A DNA stretch of 64,000 nucleotides, taken from contig CM038999.1 of NCBI GenBank assembly GCA_017499595.2, forward strand, positions 3,782,001-3,846,000, written 5' to 3'. Made by a program: the position numbers and the translations under genes. Below are positions 1-13,300 of the stretch, in pieces; position 1 is the stretch's first letter; every line of letters starts with the position of its first letter. Source of the DNA: Psilocybe cubensis (Eukaryota). The notes under the pieces are model-generated. The model worked only from the letters and a program-made list of their open reading frames with translations. It was not told where the DNA came from and did not search any database.

Positions 1-733
1 GGAGGTGGTGGGTACGCCGCCTAAGCGCCCGAGACTTGATATTGATGTTGGCGCCGATGGGGATTTGCCTTTGCCATTGCCGCCGCCGAATGTCAATGTT
101 CGACCGGTTGATGCGGGCGTGGCGAGACCGAGGAAACGGAGTAGTGAGGAGTTGGATGATGAGCATGAGCGTGTGCGTGTGCGTGGGCGTGAAGAGAGGG
201 TGTCGGGGAACAACCATAACCATAACCATAACGCCAACGACAACGACACATATAATATCCACAACCACAACCATAAACGTATCAGGGTGCACGCGCCGCT
301 TTCGCCGTCGTCTGAGAGCCCGCGCAGTAGAAGCGGGAGCGGGAATGGGAGTGTGTATTATTCGTCGTCTGCTGCGTCGGCGGATGCGGAGGATGCGGAG
401 GAAGGTGAGCGCGATGTGGTGTTTTCTGAGGTGGGCGATGGCGATGTGGGCGTTGATGTGGGCGTTGATGTTGATGGGGATGGGGACGCGGAGAGTGAGG
501 AGATGCCGTATGTCCCTCCGCCGCCTACGCATGTGCATGTGCGTCGGCAGCAGCATCAGCAGCAGCAGCAGCATCGGCCGAGGAGTACGATTGGGAGTAG
601 GTATAAGGCTGCGACGGCGATGATACCTACGCCGACGGCGAGGACGAGGACGACGGCGGCAACGAGGACGGCAACGAGAACTAGGGATGTGCGTATTGTG
701 GATGTGGATGTGGATATGGATATGGATGAGTGA
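1..733 (+). CDS. 3' end of a low-complexity, disordered hypothetical protein (starts upstream of the window)
   Basis: Open frame 5..733 with no ATG start, ending TGA 731-733. Contains basic motifs (PPKRPR, RPRKR), NH/DV/Q/RT low-complexity tracts and acidic runs; no recognisable domain. Confidence 0.45.
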   Translation, partial: EVVGTPPKRPRLDIDVGADGDLPLPLPPPNVNVRPVDAGVARPRKRSSEELDDEHERVRVRGREERVSGNNHNHNHNANDNDTYNIHNHNHKRIRVHAPLSPSSESPRSRSGSGNGSVYYSSSAASADAEDAEEGERDVVFSEVGDGDVGVDVGVDVDGDGDAESEEMPYVPPPPTHVHVRRQQHQQQQQHRPRSTIGSRYKAATAMIPTPTARTRTTAATRTATRTRDVRIVDVDVDMDMDE

Positions 734-770
734 GGTTGCTACGAAAGCCAAAGTCGAACTTGAACTCGAA

Positions 771-846
771 GTCGAAAGTCGAAAGTCGAAAGTCGAAAGT
801 CGAAAGTCGAAAGTCGAAAGTCGAAAGTCGAAAGTCGAAAGTCGAA
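771..846. repeat. (GTCGAAA)n heptamer tandem repeat, ~10.9 copies
   Basis: Ten perfect GTCGAAA units at 771-840 plus GTCGAA; explains the spurious SKVESRK / FDFRLST ORFs. Confidence 0.95.
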
Positions 847-1249
847 GTCGAATTCAAAGAACTCCAAACTCCAATGTCCAAACCCGAACCCAAAGTCCAA
901 AGTCCAAACCTCAAACCAACACCCAGCACCCGAACCCAAAGTCACACACAGACGCTTGTTCATAAGGCTGTCATCGCGCACCGGGTTTTTTGTCATCGCG
1001 CACCTCGACCTGCTTGGTTTTCTTTATTCCTTATTTCGTGGGTTTTTTTGTTTTTGCGCGTCTGTCCGACCGACCGTCCGTCCGATGGGTTTCGCCTTTG
1101 GCCTTTTGCCTTTTGCTCGCCGCTACTACTTCTCCTCCTCATCCTTGACGACGTCTTCGCCGACGATCCGTGGTGACGTTTCAGTGCTTCATAAATGTTA
1201 CGATTGCCCCCTTTACCTTTTGCCCCGTCGCCCCTTCTCCTCCACATCC

Positions 1250-4200
1250 TCCACCACCACCACCACCACCTACTACTCTCCTGGTTGAACGTTTGTAGTC
1301 TATATTCAATGTTCAATTTTGTATTCCCATGTTCATATTCGTGTTCCCATGTTCGTATTCCATGTCCGTTTTCCGTTATTCCTTGTGCATTTCACACTGC
1401 TCCCCCCCGCTCCCCTCCACCCCCACTTGCGAGTTTACAAATATATGTCGCTTCGCTTTTTTTGGATTTTATTGGTGCTGTTACTATTACTATCCTCGTT
1501 TCCCTCACTCCTCCGTCCTCCGACCCACGACCTCTTCTTCCTCGCACCCCACCACCACCACCATCCTGTATCCCGACTCTCATCGACCTTTTTTTTTTCT
1601 GAACAAAATCGCCAGTTACGTTGGTTCCATCCGTCATTCGTCATCTATCCATCCGGCTAGTTCAAAACGAACATTTAAAACTACAACTACAGATTGGTGT
1701 GTCCTCGGTCTGTGCACTATCTGTAGATGGATGGATGGATGGGTGGATGGATGTTGCACTATTTTCTTCTTTTTTTTCTTTTTCTTCTGAATGTGTTGTT
1801 TGTCGTCTGCTCTTTTCACTTTTTTTCTCTTCAAGATTCAAGATTCAAGATTCAAGATTCAAAGTTGTATTCGTATCAGTCTTATCACTATATGCCCCCC
1901 CCCCGTCTCTTTCATTTATTTTTGCGTTCGTGTTCGTGTTCGTGTTCGTGTGGGAGTAAATCTTTACCACATTTCCCGTTCCAATCCCCATCACCATTCC
2001 CAATTCCCATCCCAGTTACAACTACAATCCCCAGTTCCAATCCCCAGTTCCAGTTCCTTTCCATTCAAGTTACAGTTACAATCACAGTTTACCATCACAG
2101 TTTACCATCACAATTACAATTACAATTACAATTACAATCACGATTACCATTACCAAGTACCAATTACCCAAATTACCTACCAATTACAACTACATATGTA
2201 TGTTTGTTTGTTTTGTACCTGTACCCTACCTAGTGTTTCTTGTTCTTGTATACTCAATTTTTTTTTTTCTGTTTTATTCGGCGTTTTATTTTATGTCTTT
2301 TTTGTTTTTTGTTTTTTTGTGTTGTGTGTGTTGTGTGTTGTGTGTTTTGTGCATTTGCTTGGTTTTTGTGATAATTGATATGATATGGTATGTGTATTCT
2401 ACTGTCTGCGGAGTTGGGAGGCAAATGCAGGTTTATCTGCAACTGTTGCGTTGTGATGAATGAGTTTTTGGCTTTCTATTGCTAGCGGTGAGCGCACAGG
2501 CCACGGCTTTCCGAACGGCATGGGTCTGGACTTTTGACCAATGCCTGTCTACCCAACTTCCGTCTTCGCCCCCCCTCCTTTACTTCTTCCTTCATCATGA
2601 TCATGATCATGATCATAAGCCGTGAGCCGTGAGCCATGGCCTGTGAGTCATGATCATGAGTACTTGAGTCATGAGCCCCATGAAAATGAAGCCGTGCATT
2701 TTCCGCGCCGCGCCCGCGCGTTATCGACGCCTCTTTCTTTTTTTTGTTTTTCCCGGAGTCCGAGGAGGTAAGGCGGTCAGTGGTGAGTGGAAAGTGTGGT
2801 AAGTGTTAAGCGACGTCAACCCGTTTTGCATGTATGTATGCTTTTTTTTTTGTATGGGTAATGAATGGTATTTATAACGGTATGGAGAGGTTACGGTGGG
2901 TTGGGCTGTGATTTGTTCATTTGAATGAGAATGAATGAATGAATGAGGGAGGGAGGAACTTATGAGGAATGAATGAACAGAATGTACCTGCACCTGCACA
3001 GGCACTCCCCTGGACCTGCGGCCGTGGCTTGGGCTATTCCTTGGTCGTGCTATAGTAGTACAAGCATTTCTTCTAGTATCCTCAGGCGCGGTCGAGGTAC
3101 GATGATGATTAGTACGAATTACTAATAGTAATACTTCTAATGCTACCAGTGTTAATGGAATATTATAATGGGAGTATCATACTAGCACGTAGTATGGTAT
3201 GTAGCAAGCATTCTGGGCTGGGTTGGCTTGGGATAGGATAGGATTTAATGCTGCTGCTGCTGCTGCTGCGTACTCGGCAATCTACTATCTCGAAAGCCTA
3301 GGGAGAATAGGAGTAACTTAATAATAACCCTTTTTTTTCTCTGATACCCACTTACTCGGATATGTAGATTACTATTAATAATTATCACCATTACTAATTA
3401 GAAATGGATTATTTTGTTGATGTTATTTGTCGGAGTTTGGTATGTGCATATTATGCAAGAAATGTATTTGATGAATTTGAGTTTTCGAGTGTGGGTATTT
3501 ATGTGTACTCGTACACCCGCGATGGATGAATGGATGATGGATAGATGGATGGATGGGTGAGTGTCATCTTTTTAGACATCAGACGAGTTGGCTGTGAACG
3601 TCATGGATTCGCCAATGTTTTTGACTGTTTGTTGTGCACATACTGGCACTGCCCGCAACGAAGCAAGCGGAATGCGACAGTGACAGCCGAACTTCAATGA
3701 AGACTCAAGACGCAAGACGCAAGACGCAAGACGGGGGACGCAGGATAGACATCGACGGTGCACGGTGCAAGAGATCATCAATGTTGCACCTTGTGTCGAT
3801 GTCATTGTTCATCACATCACACATTGAAAGATGCTTTAAATTTTTCTGAAAAAGAAATCCAGGACTATTCATATCAAGGTATCAAGCCACTTTCTCGCGT
3901 CGTGTCATGCTAAAACTGAGTCTGTGCGCCAACAGCAACGACAACGACAACAGTTGAATACACGAACTCATTTAAGTGCGACGAAGCGACTCTTCATCTC
4001 GACACAAGCGACGTCGACCAGCATCGACAACCAGCCCAGCTATACAACTAGTGCGACCTGTGCATAACATAGCCATAGCATGTATGCATGTCTATCACAA
4101 CCACGACACAGAGTCAAGTCGAGGTTCTAGCGAAAGTGTTTACATATCCCCATCAACCTCAGGAGTAAGAGCTCATGCCTTTTTGCGGTTTGGTGTTGAA

Positions 4201-4275
4201 GACTGGGAACTCGACTGAATTGTGCATTGATAGGCCTGATGGCTGATGTCGACTCGACACTCGACACTCGACACG
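1250..4275. repeat. Non-coding region rich in many different short tandem repeats
   Basis: (CAC)n ~1251, (GGAT)n ~1727 and ~3520, (TTCAAGA)4 ~1830, (TTCGTG)4 ~1927, (CAATTA)n ~2110, (TCATGA)n ~2592, (GAAT)n ~2925, (TGC)7 ~3249, (GACGCAA)n ~3709, (CTCGACA)3 ~4254, plus poly-T tracts. Confidence 0.85.
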
Positions 4276-6647
4276 GCGGAGGAATTGGTGTTCCTCTTTT
4301 TGCGGGTGCCTCCATGGGGCGTCACGCCGTTGGCTGAAAGGTCGATTTTCCGTTTCCGTTTTTCCATTTTCCAATTCGCGCGCTACGCTGATTCGATGGT
4401 TTACATATGATTACTTAACGCTAATACATACACTAACTCCTGTCTCTTTCCCCTCCTGGCTTCTGTCCCGTTGCAAGGTAAATCCTATAATGGGAAGCGG
4501 TCGCTGGGGAAGAATGGGTGTGTGTTACATACAACGTTTAAATGATCGCGAGGACTTTAGCCGTTGTCGAGTCCGTGTGCAGCGGAGTGGACTAGAAGTG
4601 GTAAATTGTTGGTGGTAGTTGCGCCTTCGCAGTGTAATCTAAATGAAGGCGCTAGCGCTGCACCACTGTACTCATTTAAGTGGGTGTAGGGTATAGTGGT
4701 GGACGAGAGGAGGTAAGAGGGGAAAATGTTACACTCGACTCGGTGATAAAAGCTAACGCCACCGACTATTCCTCTTATTTCTATAGGTTCAGATGCAAGG
4801 ACGAGTAAATATATTCCTCGACGTATGTACGTGACCTTTGAGAGGCACAAGGACGCCGCAGGTGTATGATGTGTCCGATTGTCCTGATATGTCCCAACTC
4901 AGAAACATGACTATGATTTGCCCCCAATGTCAACCGTATTTTCGCACGCGGTGCGTTACTGTGGTGGTGGACCTGGTGGTTGGTGGTGCATCAACAGATG
5001 ATGGAGCCTGGAAGAATTCCATCTGAATTCATGTTGTGTAAAGGCCCTGGGATGTAGGATCATTCCTTCGTCCACCCGGCATCCCCCTTCCCCCTGGTCG
5101 CTGACAAGCCGCCGTCCCTCGCTCGGAACATATCTCAAAATATCGCAAGCCAGAATTTTCGATCAACGCCACGGCCACGCCTGGACGTGCATCTATGTGA
5201 AGTTTGAACGGACGACCTGAACATTTTTTCCGCATCTATCCAGTGTGTTCTCTTCGGCTATCGTAGCGCAGGTCTGGTGTTGGATACATATCAATGAAAG
5301 CAACTCCCAGTAAGGCCAAGTAAGGTTGATTGTTGGGTGGTATATTTTAATGTTTGTGTCTAGAGTACACATGACCCATGACTGATCCCCGGTACTGCAA
5401 CTACTACTCTTTAGAAATCACCACGTAGGATGTTAGCACACTGGCACGCCTTTGTTTCAAAAACCTCGATCATTCAATTATTTGTCGCGCTCGTTCGTTA
5501 CTCTGTGTCTTTGTTTTTGTATGTCTTTTTGACTTTCTTTACATAGATAACGTTCAGCGTCTCTTTTTCCCATGTGCTGGGATGTTCCGCCAATCGCCCT
5601 GCCCTTGCCCCTTGGCAGCCATTATCTCTCAATCACGTTATTTTACTATTCGCTTGCCCTCGAATGCATTGTGCAGGCTCACCCACGGGGCGCATCTGAC
5701 AGGATCGACCTTTAATTGGACACACTCTCCTCTTAGCCTTACCGATAGAATCTCGGAATCTCACTCCCAAACAAACGCCATTCCTCGTTTAAACGAACGA
5801 ACGAACGAAAACCTAAGCGAAGATCAGACCTTGGCCTTTTTTGCATTAACTTTGTATTACGCGTGTCGCAGTGGGATCTAGGTCTATTAGTATTATGAGG
5901 CAAAGCGACAACATCACTGATTCTTTACAGAAATAAAAATCCAGATTGCCGCGTATTCTGGGTATTCTGGGTATCGGGGGTGGGTATATGTTGCTTACGT
6001 TTGGATATCCGCTCTGCTATGACTTAATAGATCCCTGATAACTCCATTTTTGAAAGCTTACTCGCGTGTGGCGGTGCTATCGTCCATTTTTGATCGCCCA
6101 TAAGGAGACCCTGAAGCAAGCCGCCGATTGGTGCAACGCTGTATTCGCCTTTACACAAGAACGTTCTTCGCAGTAGGTCGTATTAGGCAGCCTTAATTGG
6201 CTTGATTGTTCGAGTCCTTGATCGTTTCCTGCGAAGAAATCAAGCCCCTAGAAGTAATGATTTTTTTAAAATTATCTGACATGTATGACATAGTATTTGC
6301 GAAAACATAACAAAGGAACTGGACAGCTGGGGAGAAAAGTTCCCACGTTTGGTTATTTTTATCACTCATAGTGCATTGCGTGCCTGGAAGGTCAGAGACC
6401 GTTCTTTGCGTGTTCAACTGCACACTTAGCCGATATCGATATCGCCAGATGTCGCCTATGTCACCTCCACTGAACCTCCGAGTTTATGACATCGAAATTA
6501 GCCCAAAGTCCAACCGATCGGCACCAGTCATTGTGACGAAACGGCACACACGGGGACTGTAAATGTAATCCTTCAAGTAGCGACCGCAAAGGCAGAATGT
6601 AGTCCCTCTTTTTTCCCTTTCGCCACCACCCTTGACTCTTTTTTCGC

Positions 6648-7899
6648 ATGGCTGAATCCAAGTCCTTTCCGAGTCCTATAGACAGCGTCCGCCGCGACAA
6701 CAAGGACGGGGCGTACCATTGCCCGCAGTGCGACACGCCCTTCACGAGACGGTCGAACCTTCGAAGGCATTTCCAAATCCGTGAGTAAAATCTGACCCTG
6801 TCCCTTCCCGACCCTGTTTTTCTCTTAATTATACCTCCGAAATTCCGCAGATATGAGAAATTCTGTGCTGAAGTGTGGTGATTGTGGAGAAGAATATGCA
6901 ACAAGGTGCGTCTCGCTGTCGGGCTCGTGGCTCCCCTCCCGTTCAGAATTGACATTCGCTGTAGAGAAGACTTCCAGAACCATTCGTTAACGTGTTATTC
7001 AAGCATTGCATGGAATAACCCCGGGGAAAGGGATTTTAGAATGATGCAGCGATCCTACCTGAAAAACGATCCGTCATGTAGTCCTGAGATTTTGGCGCCC
7101 TCCCCACGGGCTCCCGCGAGCGGGTTCATCGAAGAGGGTGCCTATCCACCTACACCGCCCAACTACTTTACGAACTTTGACCCCCAAGACCCCCGCTACC
7201 TCTCCAATCAGAACCCATCATCAACCTTCAGCCCGTCCATGTCCCATCTCTCATCCAGCTCGGTTGTCAACCCAAACTCGCTCATGCAGTCGTCATTTGA
7301 TGCGAACTTTGCGACTCCATCTTCACCCCCGAGTTCATTTTCCCATCGTCGCCCCAGTGTCTCTTCGTCGATTGTCAGTACTGGTTTCTATTTATACATC
7401 GCGTGACCTGACTTTGACTTTTAATTGACGTGGGTTTTGTTTTTAATAGAGCTCGTCATCTACACCTTCGTCTCCGTATGCGCTGGCGCTGACGCAGGCG
7501 CAAGGAAATTATTATGGTGCGTATGCTGGAGGGAGACCAGATACGAGTTCTGCTTGGCATGTTCCTCCCGTTCCACTGGCGAACACAATGGAAGAGCCGG
7601 TTTATACACGCCGTCAGGTCAAAGACATGATAGATGTCGTCAGTGAATGTTTAATTGACACCATGGTATGCCAACATGTTTTTTTTTTCTGCCCTTAATT
7701 TTTATTTATATATATCTGACGACCTGCCATTGCACAGGAGAATGTATTGTCCCGCCCACAGGACAGCCCGCATCAGGAATATGGCAATGGGCAACTAATC
7801 CATTCAATAAGGGACGATGGCTTCCGCCAGACTGTATTATCGGAAGCTATACCGCGGGCGTACTATAGGATTCAGTCAGCAAGCAAACCCAAGGTATAG
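6648..7899 (+). CDS. C2H2 zinc-finger protein (putative transcription factor), multi-exon
   Basis: ATG 6648: MAESKSF...YHCPQCDTPFTRRSNLRRHFQI|H (intron from 6781). A second finger CGDCGEEYATR|EDFQNHSLTC (C2HC-like) is followed by a Ser/Pro-rich tail. GT-AG introns keep the frame to TAG 7897-7899; 3' end approximate. Confidence 0.75.
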
Positions 7900-10363
7900 A
7901 ACGCCTTCAGCGGGTTGGCCTGTGATCGATGTCAGTTTCGTAGTTTATGCACTCCTCCTTTTGCTTTCTTTTCTCCGAGTTTTGTCATGACCATATGTAA
8001 CATTTCCCTCATCTGCGCTCGAGTAGCCTATCCATTCATGCTTTATTTCTCATTCGATGCCCTTCATCATATATGCTTGTATCAGTGCGCGTTGGTAAGA
8101 ATATTGGATTAACTTATTATTAGACGTTCACGAGTTGTATTTTTATTTCTTGCACAACGACGCATACCTACCCTATACAAGTTAAACCAAAGTTTAACCC
8201 TGTGACGAATTCCAGGGTGTAATGATCATTGATACGTATGTACATAATAGAACACCCCAATAAGCGGCTCAAATGTGGTCTTTTTATTTTAGTGATCAAT
8301 CAAGTACAATGGCACCGAGCAAAAGGCATCAGAACCGTTCAGACCTTCAGTACACCAGATTCCCATGGGCACGATAAGCGTTCAATCCTTCGACTACGCT
8401 GGTGCGCGCGTACTTCTCCGGCCGAAACTGTCCAATGACCAGTGACTGTGCAGCCGAAAGCCTAAATAGTAACCCATATCCTCTCGCTCATATAACGGGT
8501 GCGTCAAAGAAAGGCCGCCCCGTCGATATCGCTCCCTCTCCTCATTAAGTATCATGTTCTGCGATTGACATTACAGTAATAGGAAGAGTCATAGCACAGG
8601 TTAAAGGTCAAGATAGCCTAAAATACCTGTCTTTATGCACCAAATGTTACTGCGATGCTTGCCATCTTCGGCGCGTTGTAGTGTTTTGAGATAGCCCAAC
8701 TTAATGCATGCCATTGACCTGTCTGTCTAGGATGGAGTATTTAGCACCGCAATTTGCTGATTATTAGGCGGTCGTTGTCTACCTTACGCGAATGTTAGCA
8801 ATGTAGACACGTTGGCTATGATGAGCCGGTACTTCAATCGTGACTCTGATAATCATTGACCTTTACCTCGACCATCCTGTATAAGTACCCTCTAGACCCT
8901 GACGATCTTTCTTGGAAGGCTCGGCACTTGTTCGTCGATTTGGACTACGGAGAAGGCCGTTTCCCTTCCCTCCATAGTGCCGAGCGACCTTCAATCACAA
9001 ATATAGCTTATCCTGTGAAATTCTGGAATTATTGAGAAGTTTGTCAGGGTAAGAAACAAAGTTCATTGTTATCTCTACATACTGCGGTCATACTATAGTA
9101 TTGCTTTTTCCGCGATCTCCTTGGGAGGTATTCCGCCGTTCTGTGCAGGGTGAGACGGCGGGTTTATTGTCGTATTTAAAGTCCATGGAGATGGTTATGT
9201 CGTTATGAACATACGTTTGAATATTCTGAACGTATAATGAAGCTTGAAGTTCTGAGGCTTGAAAGAAGAATAGGGGCCGGCTAAAACATTGATCAAACTG
9301 CCGGAACCAGTCGACTTCTTTTCAAGTCCGAGGCCCGAGGAAAAGGCGACAGGGGTGAGACGGCGTCAAACAGGGATTCACCATGCTTCAAGTAAGTAGC
9401 CCAGGTTTCTTTTAAGTTTCAGTCAGTTCCATTCACAATTTTGTGTTTTTTCAATAATCGCTGCCAAATCGCTGCCTTGCGCCCACTTGCGCCATGACGA
9501 AGTTGGCCTGAGATTTGAGTTGACCCGGCACTTGATAGTCGGTAATGTCCGCGATCAACGTGACACAACTAGCCTGTGTTACCTGTTACCTGTAGGACCG
9601 CACGTGATTATTCCACTGGGACTCTAGAGGCCCGGGGGCACAGCCATGTCAATTGACTGCACAACGAACCAATTGTTTCGTTAAAGACTTGCAGTCATGG
9701 TAAGCGACCTCAATTGCGATAGAACATAACGGCCAATTCTTACCCACAACTGCTACTTACAGGATTTCTCTAAAAGCAAACTCAAAATTTACCTTGCAAC
9801 TTTTTCCTTGGCCCCCTGAATAAACTCCCATAACCGCCTGTCCGTATTCTGTCAAAGTACGGTACCAATCTTCGACCTCAAATGCTACAGCCCTTAGGTT
9901 AAGGTAAGCTTGAAAAGTACTGCCACCCATTTGCTATTATGATACATCTTTACGGAATTGGCGTCATGTAGTTTACAGTCGAACTGGTTTTCACCTGAAG
10001 GCTGTACGGCGGTCAACCGACTTTGGCCGTGTTATAAAACTTGGCAATCTGCTATATGATCACAAAATTACATCCACAATCAACTGGCGCAGCAAGATGC
10101 AAGAGGCCAATGCCTATAATGATTCCTGCTCGGTATGATGTATCCTTCGTGTTCAATATCTGTCATTTAAATCGAAAATCAGGTCGACACTACTCAGAAT
10201 TCGTCTGTACCTGATGGAGCCATCGCTGCAATATCGCCCAAGGCAACAGGTGTAAGCTACATTCTTTTCATCCTCTTTGTTCGGCCTTCAAACGATTGCG
10301 CCCGCAGATGTCGTTTAACGATGATAGCGATGCTAGCAAAGTTGTTGATCTTTTGTTTTCTCT

Positions 10364-13300
10364 ATGGCGCAATTCGATATATCAGGCAATATCTCTCACC
10401 TCCATTCCGCAAGCAAACACTTGGATACAACGCTACGACAGGAAGGTGTTGAGGGATGCAAGCTTGAATCGGCATTGGAACTTTATTCGCGGTTTTCTGA
10501 AAGCGGTGATATACAGGACCTAGACGCCGCCATCAAACTTTTCCGCGATGAAATGTCGAGTTTGGCACAATCGAGTGATGCCTATGGGAAATGCCTTGAC
10601 ACTATGCCAAAAGCATTGTGTACCCGATTTGAGCAAAGGGGCCAGCCAGGCGACCTAGACGAAGCCATACGTCTGCATAGAGATGCTCTGGAATTGAGAC
10701 CTCCTCATCATCCAGATCGACCTGGAACTCTGAACAACTTGGCAGCTGCGTTGCAAACACGATTCTCGCAAGGGGGTCAGTACAGTGACCTTGCCGAAGT
10801 CATAACTCTTAACAGGCAGGCACTCGATCTTCTTCCAGTCTCGCATCCTGAACGATCCATTGTACTCAATAATCTGGCAAATGCTCTATGGACCAGATTC
10901 GAACAGACCGGGCAGCATGGTGACCTAGATGAGGCTATACTTACTCATAGACAAGCTCTTGGACTGCGACCTCCACCTCATCCCAAACGCTTTGCATCTC
11001 TTAACAATTTGGCAAATGCGCTCGTAACTCGTTATAAGCAGGAAGGTCAGTACGGTGATCTTGATGAAGCCATATCTCTGCACTGTCAGGCTCTTGAATC
11101 AGCCCCTTTGACAAACCCTGCTCGAAGTTCTTCTCTCAACAATCTTGCCAATGCATTGCGGACACGGTTCGAACGAGAAGGCCTACCAAGTGACCTTGAC
11201 GAAGCCATATCTCTTCAAAAACAGGCTCTTGGACTACTGCCTGTCACCCACATCGACCGAACAGCATTTCTAAACAATCTAGCAAATGCTTTGGCTTGTC
11301 GTTTTAACCAAACCAGTGTGGACAGCGACCTTGATGAAGCCGTTTCTCTACACAGACAAGTTCTTGGATCGCTACCTGCGTTTCATCCCAATCTGGCAGG
11401 ATGTCTAAACAACCTGGCGAATGTACTTCGAATCCGATTCGAGCATCAAAATAAGGATGACGACCTGGATGAAGCCATTTCACTGCAAAGGAAGTCTCTT
11501 GAGCTGCTCCCTGTTTCCCATCCTGTACGATTTAGATTCGTCAATAACCTAGCGAACCTTGTTAGGATTCGGCATGAACAAAGAGGTCTGCACACTGACC
11601 GCGACGAAGCCATTTCCCTTCAGAAACAGGTTTTGGACCAGATGTCACCCTCCGATCCTGATCTATCCAGCGCTCTCAATAACCTGGCTATCGCGTTAAG
11701 ATCCCGATTCCAGCAAGAACATCAGCGAAGTGACCTAGATGAGGCCATCTCGTTAAACAGGCAAGCTCTTCGACTACGAATGCCTCCTCACCCGGAACGA
11801 GCAATGTCCCTTAACAATCTGGCGAATGTGCTCAAGGATCGATTTGAGCAAGATGGTCAGCAAAGTGACATAGACGAAGCTATATCACTCCACCAGATGG
11901 TACCCGGACTTCTTCCAGCACATCACCCCAAGCTATCTTCGTCACTCAGCAGTCTTGCCTCTGCGCTTCAGTCCCGTTTTTCTCAAGGAGGTTCACTGAG
12001 TGATCTCGATAAAGCAATTTCTCTTCAGAGACAGGCTCTGGAACTGCAAGCATCTCCCCATCCTGATCGCCCTATGTCACTCAATGATTTGGCCAATGCT
12101 TTACATACCAGATTCTCGCATACAGGCAACGTCAATGACCTTGAGGAAGCTATATCTCTGCATAAACGTGCCCTGGAACAGCGGCCTCCACCTCATCCTG
12201 ACAGATTCATGTCTTTGAACAATCTCGCCAATGTGCTGCAGACCCGTTTTCAGCGAACGGGCCAAGGTAGCGACCTTGACGAAGCTATAGCTTGTAACCG
12301 GCGTGCTCTTAAATTGCTTCCTGCGCCTCATCCTAAACGGTCGGGGTCTCTCGCTAATATGGCGAACACATTGCAGATGCGATTTGAGCAAGGAGGTCAG
12401 CCAAGTGACCTTGACGAAGCAATATCTCTGCAAAGGCAGGCTCTTGAGCTGCGACCACCACCTCATCCTGAGCGGTTCGCGTCTCTCAGCAATCTGGCAA
12501 ATGTGCTACAGACGAGACACGATCAAACCGGACAGGACAGCGATCTCGATGAAATCATCTCTTTGCACCGACAAGCGCTTGAACTGTTACCCTCTCCTCA
12601 TTATACTAGGACCATGTCTCTTAATAATCTGGCAATTGCCCTGCTAACCCGATTTCAGAAACGAGGCGAAAAAACTGATCTGGACGAGGCCGTGGCATTG
12701 CACAAAGAAGCCCTTCAATTACTACCTTCACACCATCGTGATAGACACACGGTTCTCAATAACTTGGCATGTACGCTACGTACTCAATTCTCTCATGGAG
12801 GTCATGTCAGTGCGCTTGATGAAGCTATATCGTTGCACAGGCAAGCTATAGAGCTCCAATCTCCGTCTCATTTCGACCGATCGCCTTCTCTCGATAATTT
12901 GGGAATGGCTCTGCATATCCGATATGAGAATGAAGGTCAGGAAAGCGACCTTGATGAAGCTATTTCCCTGCACACTCAGGCACTGGAGCTGAGACCTCCA
13001 CCTCATATCGATAGATCCACATCACTCAACCACTTAGCAAGTTCTTTACTCGACCAATACAATCGCGGAGGCCAGCGAAGTGACCTCGAAGAAGCAATTT
13101 CGTTATCGCAAGCTGCTACTGAATATCGGTTCCAGCATCCTTCGCGGCGTTTTGATATGTCGCAGGCATGGATTCGTCTTGCCCAAGGAAGTCAGCACGA
13201 TTCATTACTTAAGGCGTATGAAGCTGCTCTTGAAATATTGCCGCAGGTGGCAGCTCTAGCGTTAACTGTCGAGTCAAGGCAAAAGGCCATGGTATCTGGA

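Noticed and set aside
771-846. GTCGAAA array as a CRISPR array or telomere
   Set aside because: No spacers, not a TTAGGG-like motif, internal position, eukaryotic context.
681-3005. Many overlapping ORFs (e.g. SKVESRK, FDFRLST, poly-H/W/F peptides)
   Set aside because: They are by-products of microsatellites and low-complexity non-coding DNA that stay open in several frames.
8200-10300. Possible ncRNA or transposon remnant in the 2-kb ORF-free gap
   Set aside because: No tRNA/rRNA signature, terminal repeats or transposase fragments were recognisable by eye.
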